Assembly (NCBI GenBank): GCA_951406725.2
Contig: OX597816.1
Coordinates: 31,682,001 to 31,746,000, forward strand
Length of the DNA: 64,000 bases
Origin: Octopus vulgaris
Lineage: Eukaryota
Direction: 5' to 3'
Shown: piece by piece, positions 39,533 to 54,940 of the stretch
Position numbering within the stretch: the stretch's first letter is position 1
How the letters are laid out: the number at the start of each line of letters is the position of its first letter
The notes under the pieces: model-generated
Seen by the model: only the letters and a program-made list of their open reading frames with translations
What the model was told of the DNA's origin: nothing
Database searches by the model: none
Program-made: the position numbers and the translations under genes

Positions 39533-39845
39533 GTTCTCAAACACTGAGACTTCCCATTGAAAATTTAAATAAGTTAAAGTTGTGAAATCCTGAGAAAAAA
39601 TCGGTTTTCCCCTTAAAAAGAGAAACTTATCAAAGCATTTTAATATTTGAATCCAGTTATTATTATTGTTTTGCGAATGAAGACGTGCAAATAATCTCCT
39701 TAGAGATCCTTTAGCTTGTAATTCTGGTTGTTTCCATTGATTGTCTGTCATATATGTTACAGGATGAAGAAATCTTGCAGCACTACACTCAGGGAAATTA
39801 TTCCAGATATTAGTAGTTGTTTCTAATACTTGCGAGTATTTGTCA
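39533..39845 (-). CDS. Candidate exon: ~104 open codons ending at a GTAAGT donor
   Basis: Open frame DKYSQVLETTTNIWNNFPECSAARFLHPVTYMTDNQWKQPELQAKGSLRRLFARLHSQ...FQWEVSVFEN|gtaagt. The acceptor (aatcctag) is weak and no homology was recognised. Confidence 0.3.
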
Positions 39846-41719
39846 CTAGGATTTTAAGACGGGCAATGTTTTAAAATATTCACAGTGTAGCACACACGTA
39901 TTTTGGACCATCTGCATTGTATGAAATTTAAAACGCAATAAACTAGTGTCCCATTCTATAACAGATTTTAAAATATTCGTATATCATTTCCAAACTATAA
40001 AATAACGCATAGCAAAAGAAATGATGGTTATAATTTTAAAATATGAGTGAAACACCTCCAAAATTATCTTGTGTGCACATATAATACACCTTGAATACGA
40101 CATTTTAGAAAATATAAATTGAAACAACGGAAAAATATTGATTTAAAAATTCTACAGAAAATAAATAATGCGATGTTATAAAAACTAAGAGACGGATATC
40201 AATAATGACAACTACATGAACAACAATACACTTTGTATCTGTATCACCATTTATAAAAATATGTGCCAATGATATGCAGCAGCAGTATCACCAATGCTAA
40301 TGACTAAAACAGCGTCAATAACAGCGAACTGAAGATCAACTTCTCTATCAATATGGTAGAGTGGTTTAATTTATTTCATCTCCTTCAGAGCAACATTGAG
40401 CCAAATATCAGTGCTTTGAAGCCTTATCGATCAACTTAGGCTGATATCTGTAAGACTATATTACAGCAACTATTCCAGTGTATTCATTAAAACGTTGTGT
40501 AATTATACTATCATACAGCACACCTAAATGCATTCTTTCATGATCTCCCTTAATGGCTATCGTTTGATAAAAAAAGCACCGTTTTTATAAGTTATTGAAA
40601 GCTAGCAATCATTACGTGAAGCAGAAATGGACATATTGTTGATGGAAGTTGGTTAATGTTTGTATTTATCACCAATGCGTTTGGTAACAATAGAATAACA
40701 TGTGGGATTTATGTAATTAATGCTTTAGAAGCCTCATTCCAAACGAAAACAAATACGGATAAGACATGCTTATGATTTTAAGAAGGCGTATGAAGGAACA
40801 TTAATATGCCATTATCTAATATTTTCTCGTTATGTTCACAGAAATAATTTTGGTGCAACCAGATGGAATCAACTGAAACAATTTTGCAACCAACTCTTTT
40901 ATAAACTATAACGAGTATTATGGTATGATTTATTTGTTTCTTTTAAATATCGAGCCGAGAATTCACTAAAATGAAATGATTGCTTCCATATGGATAAACG
41001 AAGATTTCTTTCATGCATATTTTCATTGGAAAGCAAGCTATACTATAGCAGGAAGAGTCAACTTTATATTTGTATTTGAGTTAACACACACTTCCATATT
41101 ATGATTAACTATTATTATTTTATTCGACAACACTTCAGTCTTGACCGAGCAGACACGTTCTCATATCAGTTCCAGCTGTTACCACCACATATTTTATTCA
41201 AAAATCATTTAATCTGAAAAATATCGTTTAAATATGCTCTTCTTTGTGCAGCTATTTGTAGCATATGGTACGAATATATTTTGTGTCATATTAGTTGTGA
41301 TGTCTTTGTAGTTTCACGTCATCGCTTATGTTGCAGATATTGTGAAAAACTTTCCATCAACGTATCATCTATGAATATATATAATCACGACACACTTAAC
41401 TTTTACTTTGATTCCTGATTTTGATGGAACATAAGCTACTTGTTCTGTCAACAAAGACAAACGCGTGGAGGAACCGTCTTTGTATCACCGTTAATAGTGC
41501 AATAAGAGGATTTGTTATTAAGCAACTTATCTATCATTTTATATCTCTGGTTAATTTTCTTTTCTTTGACGTAGTCGGAAATAGATATCAGGTTTTCATT
41601 GACGACTATGCTATCTAAATTCATTAGCTATCAGATAGGATGATGTGGTTCCATATACAACTTTAGGTTTCCTATCAAATATATCAACGTATAGTACTAC
41701 AAGCAGTAAAGCATATATA

Positions 41720-41764
41720 TGTCTATGTGTGTGATTGTGTGTGTATGTGTGTAGATGTATGTAC

Positions 41765-41862
<98 letters not shown>

Positions 41863-41890
41863 TATGCGTGCGTTTGTGTGAGTATGTATC
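41720..41890. repeat. (TA)n(TG)n microsatellite
   Basis: Direct sequence. Confidence 0.95.
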
Positions 41891-42849
41891 CATCCTAATA
41901 TATGTCATTTCTCATTATATTAATGACCTAACATATCATTGATTATATTTCACGAACAGATTTTTTTTCTTTTTTAATTACATCAGTTTATACTAAATTG
42001 TCATTTCTTACTGACAAGATGAATTTTATCTATGTTAAACTATACATAATTAATGAATGGCTTTTCGGAGAAGCGAACTTTCACCTATTTGAAGCAAAAT
42101 AAAAAATCTTAATGATAAAGAAATGATTTAGGATAACAATTATAGTACAGTCAATATATTATTCTTAGACAGTGCACAATTACCATTGCTCAAATTCTCT
42201 ATGGCATTGGCTCTAACAAACATTTACAAACAAGCCAACATACACAACACAGCTAGGTTTTGTTTTGGGCACGAAAACATCCACATTAATGTATGTCAAA
42301 CCTAAAACATATAGCCAGCTAAATTCTTATTATTCTTCTATAGAGTGAAATAAATTTTCTTTGGTAGAGCACCTATGCAAGTTTTACTCGAATATCCGAT
42401 TTATGTGCTTAATTAAATATTCCAGAGACAATTGTAACACACTCTCTATAATAGACGGTTATCCAGTTTAAAATTAGTATGTGAATTGCTGTGCAAGAAA
42501 CAATTTTTTATCTACTAAAAATAAAAAATATGTAAGCATATACACGCACACGCCTTCAATATAATTTAGGAATCGCTGTTGTTTATGTTGATGTGAAGTG
42601 AACTAAAATAAGTATATTTCTTGTGACAATCATGTACATTATAAAATGCAATCCTTTGCGAGCTTCCTTAGAAACATTTTAAGAACGAGCTCTGATACTT
42701 GTCCAGCTCTGATCCTTCTGTGTACAATCCCATTAAGTCCGACTCCGGTTTCTTTCTCTCTCCCCATGATGAGAAATAAATATCATTAATAGGAAACAAT
42801 TCCTTCTCCGTTAGAAGCATCATCTTGATAAGTGTTACAAAGTATCATT

Positions 42850-43120
42850 GACAATATATTTTGTTGAGAATGTAGAGGAGTTGAGCTAGGATCTTGCTAA
42901 TTCTCATTCAACTAGGAGAATTCATCTACGAAGCAATTGCCCCAGCTGCCCTTCAGGGTTGGCGAAAACGATCTGGTGAACCGGTGGAATAAGGAGTGGT
43001 TGAAATTTACGCGGTCGTTAGCCTCAAATCGCCAGTCCTGGTCGGCGTTTGTGAGAGATGCAGCATTGAGGATGAATGAAGCCAGCTCAACCCACCTTGG
43101 GTGAATGCTGTCTCAAAAAA
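42850..43120 (+). mobile_element. RTE-clade LINE 3' end
   Basis: WNKEWLKFTRSLASNRQSWSAFVRDAALRMNEASSTHLG* resembles the RTE terminus LA.DR..W....RD......A.STRPG*. Confidence 0.7.
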
Positions 43121-43324
43121 TAATCTAGCGAATCATCCTAATGAAAATAAGTGGTAGCCTAAGTGAGATCATGCTAATTACCTTTCAGGTATCTGCTCCT
43201 TTCATTTTCTTACTCTTGATGTAATTGGCCAAAATTTCAAATTTCAAGAAGGATTGCTGCTGTCTGTTTGATCACCAGTAAAACTACTTGCGTACAAATC
43301 ATTTTATCAGTACGTATGAAATAG

Positions 43325-43765
43325 CGGTTTCCAATTTTTGCAAAAGGCCGGCATTTTGGAGGTAGGGATGAAGTCACTTATATCGGGCCTAGTACTCAAC
43401 AGCTACATATTTTATTGATCCCGAAACGTTAAAAGGTGAAGTCGACCACGGCGGGATTAGAACGTAGAACGTGAAGACGTGTGAGATACTGCTAAATATT
43501 TTGTTCTGCGTCCCAACGATTGTGCCTGCTCATCGCCTTAATACATATGGAATACTGGAACAAAACGTCGATCGATAATATTGATTGTAAAAGCAAATCT
43601 AGTGGATAGGAAATTCGATTACACCAACAACATTGCGCTATTGGTGCTCATTTTCTCCAATGTAAAGTCGACCTTGGCGGAATTTGAACTCAGAACTTGA
43701 AAACTGATAAATGCTCGTGAGAACTTCGTTCGCGTGCTAAATAATCTGTAACCTCGCCGCTTTAT
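43325..43765 (-). mobile_element. Two diverged SINE A pieces (43325-43540 and 43660-43765)
   Basis: ttattgatcccgaaacgttaaaaggtgaagtcgaccacggcggg and aaagtcgaccttggcggaatttgaactcagaac. Confidence 0.75.
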
Positions 43766-44714
43766 TTCAGCTATAAATATTACCAAGTGATTCACACTAA
43801 GATTAAAATAATAAAATATTTTAGAAAATTTTGCTGTTCAAATACACAGATATTGTTAATCACTACTTTCATTGGTTGAGAGAAAACGCATAAAAACTAC
43901 AATTAAATAGTATAATAAGGAGGAAACATTTTCTAGCTAACAATATTATGATCCTACTGGGGCACAATTTTATTAATCCATTAATCTAATTAAAGTTATT
44001 TTGAGTGAACACAATTTCGATATAATAAAACATATATTCGTTTATTCATGTTTATAAGAATTTCAATAACATTAGGTGGAACCAATATTCACTTGGCCCG
44101 TCTAGCAATTAGAAACATATGAACCAGGTCGCATTTCGCTTTCACAGTCTGAATACATCGCCATACATCGCCTCCCGTTACTACAAACCAATAATATTTT
44201 GAAATTTAAATAACTCGAGAACACAGTAATATTATTTTCTTTGAAATAACTCATGACAAAGTGTGATGCATAAAATGCATCCACATTGAATAATGCATCA
44301 GTTTTCTCTTTGCATAAAGTATTATAATAGAATACATTCGTTGAATTAATGCTGATATTTTCATAAAAAAAAGGGTGAGTTGTTAGAATACATTTGTTCT
44401 TTGATCATGTTCTGATATATTTCCATAAATATTTTTGATTCTAATTTTATTTGTATCGCTTACTTTTTCTCATTACTGTTGTGTAACATATACAGTTACA
44501 GTATCAAGAGCGCTGTATCTCAAAAGGAAATCTATCCGTGCTGAAGTATTATTTTCCCTTGAATCTGCTCGTACCTTCCGTGTTTATCCCTCATAAAATA
44601 CCTGAATATATTCGTCTTTTCACTAGATTTAGAACTTCTTTTTAAAATTAGAAATCACTTTGATGAAGTTTCTCGAGTTATTTTCTTTCTTCTTTTTTTA
44701 TTCATTCATAAGTT

Positions 44715-44748
44715 CATTATTGTTGTTGTTATCGCTGTTATTGTTGCG

Positions 44749-44832
<84 letters not shown>
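44715..44832. repeat. (TTA)n microsatellite
   Basis: Direct sequence. Confidence 0.95.
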
Positions 44833-46049
44833 TCTTAGTGAGGGAAGCAAAAGAATAACTTCACCATAAGATATCGAATTCTAGTGGCAAAAAATGTACT
44901 TAATTACTTGTACAAGTAACATTTACCAAATATAACTGTCACGAAGACACGGACTGCGAGAGATTTCGGTCTCTGTATTGGCATTGCTATGTACGTTTGT
45001 TATCGGATAAAATAGCTGTTCCATAGTATCTAGCTAGCAAGCTACTCATTATCCACTAATTCAAAAAAATCGAATTCATTTTTCTGTTTCAAAAACAGCA
45101 TGGTTTCAACACGCAATGTATCGTAGACTTAAAAAAGATTTGCCCGACTTCTTTGAATTACTACTTTTCTTAACGATGCGAGGCTACATAGCAATGCAAT
45201 GAAAAGGAGGAACCCGTGACTGCTAAACAACTATTAAAGTGATGCCCAGTAGAGCACACATATTCATACATGGAGATAATCATACATGTATCTATACAAA
45301 TATTGTTATATTTATAGGTACATAGACTTGTTTCTGGGCTACAAACATACACTATGTGTGCGTGCGTGTTTGTATATGAGCTCCTGGGCGACATGAAATG
45401 TGGAGATAAAGAGTATCGTTGGAGTAAAATCTCAAACTCAAATAACAGGATAAAAAATTCTACATCTGTTCAGTTATATCACACTTGCGAACATTAACAT
45501 GTTTAGCGGAGATGCTCCTACATACATAGCTAGTTGCATACATTCATACATGCATACAGTCAGTAACACATGCATACACACATATATACATACATAAATA
45601 CATGCTCACATACGTACAATTACATAGTTATAAGCTCAGTAGTTTTACGAAGGAATATACATTTTAATATCACATTTTCCAACTTTATATTTTTCATCTT
45701 CAAATAATTCTTAAAACAAATTTTGGAACGTGATAGATACCATGCATCTATTATGTGTACAGGTATGTGCATCTTGTTATTTATTTTTATTTCAAGATTT
45801 TTATGACCATAGACAAATAGACGGTTTCTAACTTAGATCCAAATCTCCTTCATTGGAATTTCAGCAACATTAACAGTTACATTGTGCATGTTTGTGTGTA
45901 TGTGTGTATTATTTGGAGTTTTTGCACGTTCAGATTTGTATGTTCTGTTTTATATGTGTGTTGCCATGCATGTAGTTGCATGTGTAGACATGCAGATATA
46001 TATTTAAACGCTAAACTTGTGAGAAGTTTTACAAATTTTGACATTTCCA

Positions 46050-48850
46050 TTCATAGTTCGAATCTATAATCTTCTAATTAGCTTTGTCCTTTCTTCTGTT
46101 GAGAAATTTAATTCCACAATATTGGTGCTTAGTTATTTTGTTACACATCCGAGCAACACAATATTTACAGGTATAAACACGAACTTTTAATTTTGGAAAA
46201 GTAGATGGAAATTTCTCAGTCAGTAAGTGTAGCTCTTTTATTTTCACTGATATTCAGCTTTATGTTGGTATTCACTGTACATTGTTTGTCTTCGCATTCC
46301 AAAATCTCTACGCGTAGCCTCTCATGTTAACATATATTTAATTTTTCACTGAGATATTCCGCAACTTCTCCTTTGTATTATGTGTTGTAATGGCTTTTAC
46401 CATACCGCGGGTTCTTTTCTCTTTGGCTTCAGGAATATTTTCCACATGAATCACATTATACACTGTATTGGATACAACATCATATCCCCTCTATAAACTA
46501 ATAAGCGCTAAGAATTTTGGAAAACAGTTTATGACGTGGTGAAGGCGGATTTTCGTCGCTAACTCGACAATGTCGACATCGGTTATCACTCTTTGGTGTT
46601 TTTGTATGTTTCATAGCCTTGTTTTGTTATTCCCTGTCCCTGGATGGCCAAGGCCCGCCCTTCAAATTGAGAGTAATCCGTTTGCTTAACCATGATAGTT
46701 TTATTGATGAATGTTACTGCAATCCAAGAACTTGCTTATAACATATGCAAGCAATGTGTCACGCTGATATACACTCATTGTTTCATCTGGTGATGCATTG
46801 CTGGAGAGTTGTGCAACGATTTGGTCATGTATTCAAGGTTATCAAACAAGGGATATTGCTGGAGGTGCTGCTTTCCAAGTTTCACGATGTTATCTGCTTC
46901 ATGTACAAAACCTTGGAGAAGGGATTCCTTTTGACACTTCGAGATTAAAAGACCTTGACGAAGGGATATAATATGACATTCAAAGACAGTTTGGATCGAT
47001 ATTCAACCTGTGCCTCCGTGTTTATTTATAAATAAAATCGGTGTAAGTCGCCGTTGATGTGAAAACATGAATAGCTCGAATTTCATCAAGCGTGCTATCA
47101 AATAGCTCAATTTGTGGCACGAATACTGGCACGGCAAACACATTGTAGGCCGCTAACGTTTCATTGAATGCACAAAGTTCTAAGGTCCATATTTTCCTCA
47201 TCCAGTTGGAAAATGCTTTACGACCAAGTGCCTTAATACCAGTAACTCCGTAATACATTAAATGTCTTCTATCTTTATATTCTTCAACATTCTTCATCAG
47301 ATAGAGGAGAAACATTTAAATCATTGATGGAGATGCTATTAGTGTTGGGTACAATTTTCCCTCTTTTCACAAACATACAGCAATAATCTTACCCTGTATC
47401 CCATGAGAACTACGTACCAGAAGTTTAGGTTCTTTTTCGTCTCATGCATATGTTTGGGATACAGTGTCAATTCATCTGTAAAGAAGCAGTGTATTTTGGT
47501 ATTTCTCTTGTCAACATTTCCGATTTCCTCAATATAAGTGGGAAAATTTTTATTGAAAAATGCTTTCCCCTTGGAAAGTACGTCTGCAATACAGTATTAT
47601 TTGTGATAATACAATCACCCCTCGTGTTCAACTTCAGGATGAAATTATGCGAGCTATGGATTTGAATATGCTTTCTAGAAATTCAGGTTTCAGCATCCAT
47701 GATTTGGTCAACGCAACTCCTTTTTTGTAGTATCACCGCATTGAAACAATCTTTTTCTAAGGCTTCCAAAACACCGGAATTACAGTTTTATTTATCAGCA
47801 AATTCTCTGTGAATCACTGGATACTAATCTTCCCTGTGGCCTTTTCTGCTGTGTCCTTGTTTTTACTATACAATGGAGAAAGATATATAAACATGTTGTA
47901 TATATTTTATAAATTACGTTCTAGCACTTAGTGACCGGTTTTGGCAATTGGTTGATTCTTCGTTAGTAGATCGGTTTTGTATCTGACAAACCAACCAATT
48001 ATAATTCTATTTCTACTGAGAGTTTGCTGGCTTTCTGTGTCGTATCCCATCATCAGCGTGTGACAATCACCAGCTAGCCCCAGGAGATATATTATTCAGC
48101 TGTGAGATTACAGCAACATTCGTCCTAAACAAGGACTACCATGTTATGTTGGCAAATAAGTTTTACTCCAAAGTTCTGTTGCTGAATATCTCTCGTTGTG
48201 AGATTTATAAATAGTAATTTTCTATATGCTTTTTTCACTGACAAACTGTGGCCGATCTTGAGAAAGGAGAAGCAAGCAATAATATATATCTGAGCGAGAT
48301 GTAAACAGTAGCAGCACGGAATCGTGAAGTATGCTTGCCATCTAAATATGACCGACCCATAGGGGATAATGCTACTGTTGTTTATAAGTCTTCCTGTGGA
48401 TATAAACAACAGAAGCATCGTCCCCCATTGGTCCGCCACATTTAGGTGGTAAATATACTTGACGATTCCGAATACTCTCTATTAGGTCTGAGGGCATGGA
48501 TTCACCTATCTACAACGTATAAAAACCGTGGCTGCTGCTTCAATGTTGCTAACCTGGAATGTTTCCAGGAATCTGTTTTTTAAGGTCACATATTTGTGAG
48601 AGCCAGTAGTCCTTTTAGGATGTCAAGCATCCAAGGCTGTTGTTACAAAAAAATGTTCTGTCAAATGAGATGACCTTCCAGATGGTCAACTGTGCTCGAA
48701 AGTCTGAAACGAGAGTGAGTCGAGGAATCGTTTATTCTGATTCACACATCTACAGATTTAGAGAGAGGATACTAAGCAATTTTAGTTCGGGTCTCATTTT
48801 CAGAATAATCGGAAATGTGAAGATTAACTCGAAAATGTGTCTGCATTGAC
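46050..48850 (-). mobile_element. Old RLE-type (R4/Dong-like) non-LTR retrotransposon, heavily decayed
   Basis: YKIYTTC (RPI.CL...YKI region), TENLLINKTV, MRKIWTLELCAFNETLAAYNVFAVPVFVPQIELFDSTLDEIRAI, DNRCRHCRV...HHVINCFPK...YDVVSNTVYNVI (CCHC/RHD). The 5' boundary is uncertain. Confidence 0.75.
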
Positions 48851-49199
48851 AGTCCTTCCCTATAGTCTACTTATAAGTTCATAAGGAATACCCTACACTT
48901 AAAAAAGAAAAAAAAGCGACGTGTGTAAACGACCAAAACGAGGTAGAAACATTCAGGTTGTAGGTACTCGTCAGAAACAATCAATCAGACGCGTAAAGAC
49001 AATGGACTTGATGGTAGTTTTAAGCAGGCAACATCTTTGCTTGTTACTATTAAAACAGGTCAGGATGTATATGTGGCTTTTGAGTGACTACAATAAACTA
49101 CAATTAGCAAATTTTAAAAGCTATAAATTTGAAATTTATTAATTAAGGGCCAAAAGAATGCCGTTTTCATAATTAGCATAAAAAAACTATATTCATACA

Positions 49200-50160
49200 G
49201 CTCCGAAATAAGGTGTCATTCTTTCAACATAATTGAAGTAAGGACTAGTTTTGCATCAAAGTGAGAGTTGAAAGAGATAAATTGCTAGGGAGAAAAATAT
49301 TACTAGGAGAGATAATTGTTTATTCATTTATTTTGTACTAAAAGGGAGGTAAGTTTGTATTTTTATATTTTTTTCTTGTTTATTTTCTGTCTTACCCCAA
49401 ATTAAAAATGATTCTACGTAACCATAAACGGATTAAGCGCAGCGAACATCCTAAAACATTCAATAAAATTCTCACCAATGCCAAAATATTCTCTAGAATA
49501 ACAGATGTAAGTGTCGTAAATTTGTAGCCGTCCTAATTGCGAAACATATCCCAGCCTGTTGGAAGGATGGGAATTCCATTTTAGACAAGGACACATATTC
49601 AAAATCAACTCTAACATCACTTGCGCCTCCCAAAACATTATTTACATAATTACATTCTCGTGCTGCCATAAAAGCTATATTAGCTCAACAGGCAATTCGC
49701 TCTAAAAGAGATGTACGGTCCAAACACATCAAATTTCATCCCCACAATATCGCCAAGTATAACTCAGTCAACAGATTGAGAAGGTTACAAAAAGATTAGA
49801 ACCACAATTCGTAGTTTTCCCATTTTATCAACTTGCCGTCTCTACCGCAACACAATTAAACTGAATATAGAAGCCTCATTTACCCCAAAATATAAGCCAG
49901 AATTAAATGTGAACCCGTATTAAAAATAAAGGACTTACTCCATCTAATGTAAGGTGTAACCCGGTATAATGTAGAGAACACAAAACACAATTCAGATTTA
50001 AGTCCGCTTTACTGCAAAATAAATGAGTGAACAATTGTCTACCCTATCAATATATTTCCCCCTAGCAATTTATCACTTTCAACTCTCAGTTTGATGAGCA
50101 ATGCGAAAGCGGTCCTTACCTCAGTGATGTTGAAAGGACAAACGCTTATTTTGTACAAAG
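49200..50160 (+). mobile_element. Penelope-like element: GIY-YIG endonuclease remnant flanked by inverted pLTR copies
   Basis: 49430-49910 gives HPKTFNKILTNAK, CSRPNCETYPSLLEGWEFHFRQGHIFKINSNITCASQNIIYIITFSCCHKSYISSTGNSL*KRCTV...PQYRQ...PQFVVFPFYQ...YKPELN. 49205-49307 is the reverse complement of 50043-50152. Confidence 0.88.
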
Positions 50161-50244
50161 TCATATAATGTTTTTATCGTGGCTCTAATATACTCTAAAA
50201 TCCCGTAAATCATCTTTTATGTTTTTAACATTTTGTCTTTCTTA

Positions 50245-51170
<926 letters not shown>

Positions 51171-51299
51171 ACTTATTACTCGGATATGAGCGGGTTGCCA
51201 AACGCATAAAGACGTCTTGTTTTTCTAGTGCAATGTCAATGTCATTTTTAAACGACTTGACAAACCTAATGAATGCATAGGTGTACATTATCATTTATT

Positions 51300-52000
51300 C
51301 CCTTTGTGTAATCACAAAAGTGGTTGATAATATATTTTGTAGCACAATGTGTAGCCATGTGCATCTCTCCCGTTTGCTCACCCAATCGTTAATTTTCAAT
51401 GATCCCATATACAAAGAACTATTAAGTTATATGTGCCTTGTAAATTTCATATCAATATTTTGATAAATTTTTATTGCCTTCTCGTTGACCAATGAGATCT
51501 ATCAATATACATATTTGATACAGTGCACAGTTTTCTTCGAAAAGTTATCTTCTTTAAACATATCAGTTGTTAAACTTTCCAGGGATGTCATTCTATGATA
51601 CTAATTGCCACATCTCGATGATTTATTATTAGGAATCAGTGAACAAAATGGTGAGAGTTTATGATATCCGTAGTCCCAGATATTCTTAATATTATGAGAT
51701 ATATTGAATTAAGAATAATATATGAATATAAATAATTCATTACAATTGTTAGGTGGTAATAAATAAACTGCCGTAGGAACGAAATTTTAACTGATTCGCA
51801 AAATGTTGTGCTGAAAGTAAAAGAGTTGACCCAGATGCAACGCTTATAATCGTGCACCAAAATAGGCACAACCTGGTCGAAGAACTCGACAGAGATTTTA
51901 TATTAAATTCCCCTAAGACATACCTTACTGAAGTGATATATTCCATTGTTTAATCATCTATATATCACAAAAACGTTGACGTCTTATGCATCCAATGACT
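51300..52000 (-). mobile_element. Possible very old CR1/L2-like RT remnant
   Basis: QVVPILVHDYKR (V.PI.K...YRP-like) and KINDWVSK...CTWLHI (W...W....KC..LHI-like). Weak. Confidence 0.3.
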
Positions 52001-52418
52001 TTATCATGGAATGATTTGATCAGGCTGAAGCAGCAATAAAATCTAGAAATTCCGTGAATACATATTCAGAAATTGAAGGAAGTAAAATGAAGCTCTCGAG
52101 GCTTTCACTGTTCATGTGTCATTGAGTTAAATTTATGCAAATATTTTGTTTAAATATCTTCTTACAGATCTAGGTAACATTAAAATATGAAATGATGCAG
52201 TAATCCGTTTACTTTTACAGTCTCCATTCCTAAAAAATGTTATATCTCACTCTCTTTTTGAATTATTTTTGAGAGTACAATATCCCTGCGTCCACCGTTG
52301 TTTGAAGTCGATTCCTCACAACTTCTGTTAGTTTAAGTTATTCTGTACTCTAACGTTATCAATCCGTCATGTATCGGAATATACTTTTTTACAAGTGTAA
52401 TTAAATTTACATGAACAT

Positions 52419-52812
52419 AGGCGCAGGAGTAGCTGTGTGGTAAGGAGCTTGCTAACCAACCACATGGTTCCGGGTTCAGTCCCACTGCGTGGCATCTTGG
52501 GCAAGTGTCTTCTGCTATAGCTTCGGGCCGACCAAAGCCTTGTGAGTGGATTTGGTAGACGGAAACTGAAAGAAGCCTGTCGTATATATGTATATATATG
52601 TATGTGTGTGTATATGTCTGTGTGTATGTGTTTTTCCCTCTAGCATTGCTGGTGTGTTTACGTCCCCGTCACTTAGCGGTTCGGCAAAAGAGACCGATAG
52701 AATAAGTACTGGGCTTACAAAGAATAAGTCCCAGGGTCGATTTGCTCGACTAAAGGCGGTGCTCCAGCATGATCGCAGTCATATGACTGAAACAAGTAAA
52801 AGAGTAAAGAGT
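52419..52812 (+). mobile_element. SINE family B, near full length
   Basis: ggcgcaggagtagctgtgtggtaag...ccgggttcagtccc (B-box-like)...gtggcatcttgggcaagtgtcttct...gactgaaacaagtaaaagagtaaagag. Confidence 0.93.
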
Positions 52813-53489
52813 AATAGATTCTAACGTCCTTTAAAACTATGGTAATTTCATATTGTACATATATACAAGCCATTTTAAAAGGCATGCAAGACCCTTATTA
52901 GAAACGTTACAAAAGCAGAATAAAGTTATTTTGTGTGGGATTGCGTGAAATATACTATTTAGATGATATCTGCTAAAATATCCAAGAGAATAGAACTTAA
53001 ATAAAATCGACATATACTTAACAACATAATAAACTCCTTCAAATAGTACATTGAATGGTCAGACAAAATTCCTATTTAACTTTGATAAAATGACTAACAT
53101 TAAATAGAATCTAGTCGATAAATAAGTGGGAAAACGAAAACATTTGTTTTGATGAACACATTAGCTGTGAGAAATGCTTCTTTCTGTTAGTGAAGAACGA
53201 AAAAGAGAAAACAACCAAACGGAATTAACACGCCTGAAACCAATCAGAGGAAAAGTACATGATGTTACATCTTTGTCTTGATGTTAATGTTTTTTACTAC
53301 ATAACTCCTGGAAGATATTGGACCAAAGAACTAGTAATTATAATTTCAATCTGAGACATTAGTTTCTGTTAACGTAATCACAACCATTGAAGAAATGAGA
53401 ATTTGCATTCAATAAGATTCCGTGAATATTCACTCACGTGACATTGATCAACTAATACGAATGGTCGTGAGTGTTAAAACACATTCGTT

Positions 53490-54176
53490 ATTGTTGTTCG
53501 CAATGATGTTTATGCTGATATTGATTATCGTTATAATGTTTGTGATATTGATAATGTGGATTGTGGTGAATTTTTGAATTTTTTGGTGTTGATGGCGATG
53601 ATGCTAACAATGATGATGTTGGTGTTGCTGATGACAAAATTGGTAATGATACTTGTAGTGATGAAAATGTTGGTCATGATGACTCTGAGGACGATGATGT
53701 TACATTTCAAAAATAAAGACTGAAGATTTAGAGATATAATGATGATGATGTTGTCCTGACGATGATGATGCTGCAGACTATGCTGGACATGATGAAGGCG
53801 GTTATGATCTTCATTGTATTATTATTAATGATGCCGGTGATAGAAATAACAGTTGATGAAGACGATAATGACAATGATGCTGATGATGAAGATTACGATT
53901 GCCATAATATTTGTTGTGTTCGTGACAATTACAATGATGTTCATGATAACGATGATGTCTATAATGAAAATGCTGTTGGTAACGATAACGTTATTGGTAA
54001 TGCTACTTTTGTTGGTGATTATGAGGTCATTTATGGTTCTTACACTTACATAGTCATCAGCATCAGGGGCAGCAGCAGCAGCAGCAGTAAAAGAAACATC
54101 AACATCTTCGGCCACAGGACCATTAATTTTATAATCATCTCAACGACATTGTCATCGTCATCGCCGGCGTCGTCGA

Positions 54177-54212
<36 letters not shown>

Positions 54213-54296
54213 TATAATCATCATAATCATCATAATCATCATCATCATCATCATCATCATCAACATCATCATCATCATCATCACCATCATCATCAC

Positions 54297-54347
<51 letters not shown>

Positions 54348-54348
54348 T

Positions 54349-54383
<35 letters not shown>

Positions 54384-54537
54384 TATCATCATCATCATCA
54401 TCATAATCATCATCATCATCATCATCATCATCAACATCATCATCATCATCATCACCATCATCATCACCATCATCACCATCATCATCACCATCATCATCAT
54501 CATCATCATCATCATCATTATCATCATAATCATCATT

Positions 54538-54578
<41 letters not shown>

Positions 54579-54940
54579 TATAATCATCATAATCATCATA
54601 ATCATCATCATCATCATCATCATCATCAACATCATCATCATCATCATCACCATCATCATCACCATCATCACCATCATCATCACCATCATCACCATCATCA
54701 TCATCATCATCATCATCATCACCATCATCATCATAATCATCATAATCATCATCATCATCATCATCATCATCAACATCATCATCATCATCATCATCGTCAT
54801 TATCATCTTTATCATCATCATCATCGTCATCATAAACATTGGCATCATGTTCCTTACATCTTTATTCTTAATAATCAGACTCATATCACCAGCAGAACAA
54901 TCACCATGATCATTATTGTCCACAACATCATCATTAACAG
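53490..54940. repeat. Degenerate (GAT)n tract followed by a long interrupted (ATC)n array with higher-order units
   Basis: GAT-rich 53490-54030 and ATC array ~54130-54840 with recurring ATA/AAC/ACC/ATT variant patterns. Source of the 262-aa poly-Met ORF. Confidence 0.95.

Noticed and set aside
54135-54923. 262-aa Met-rich ORF (reflectin-like idea)
   Set aside because: It is a translation of an (ATG)n microsatellite and has no reflectin motifs or Tyr/Arg/Pro content.
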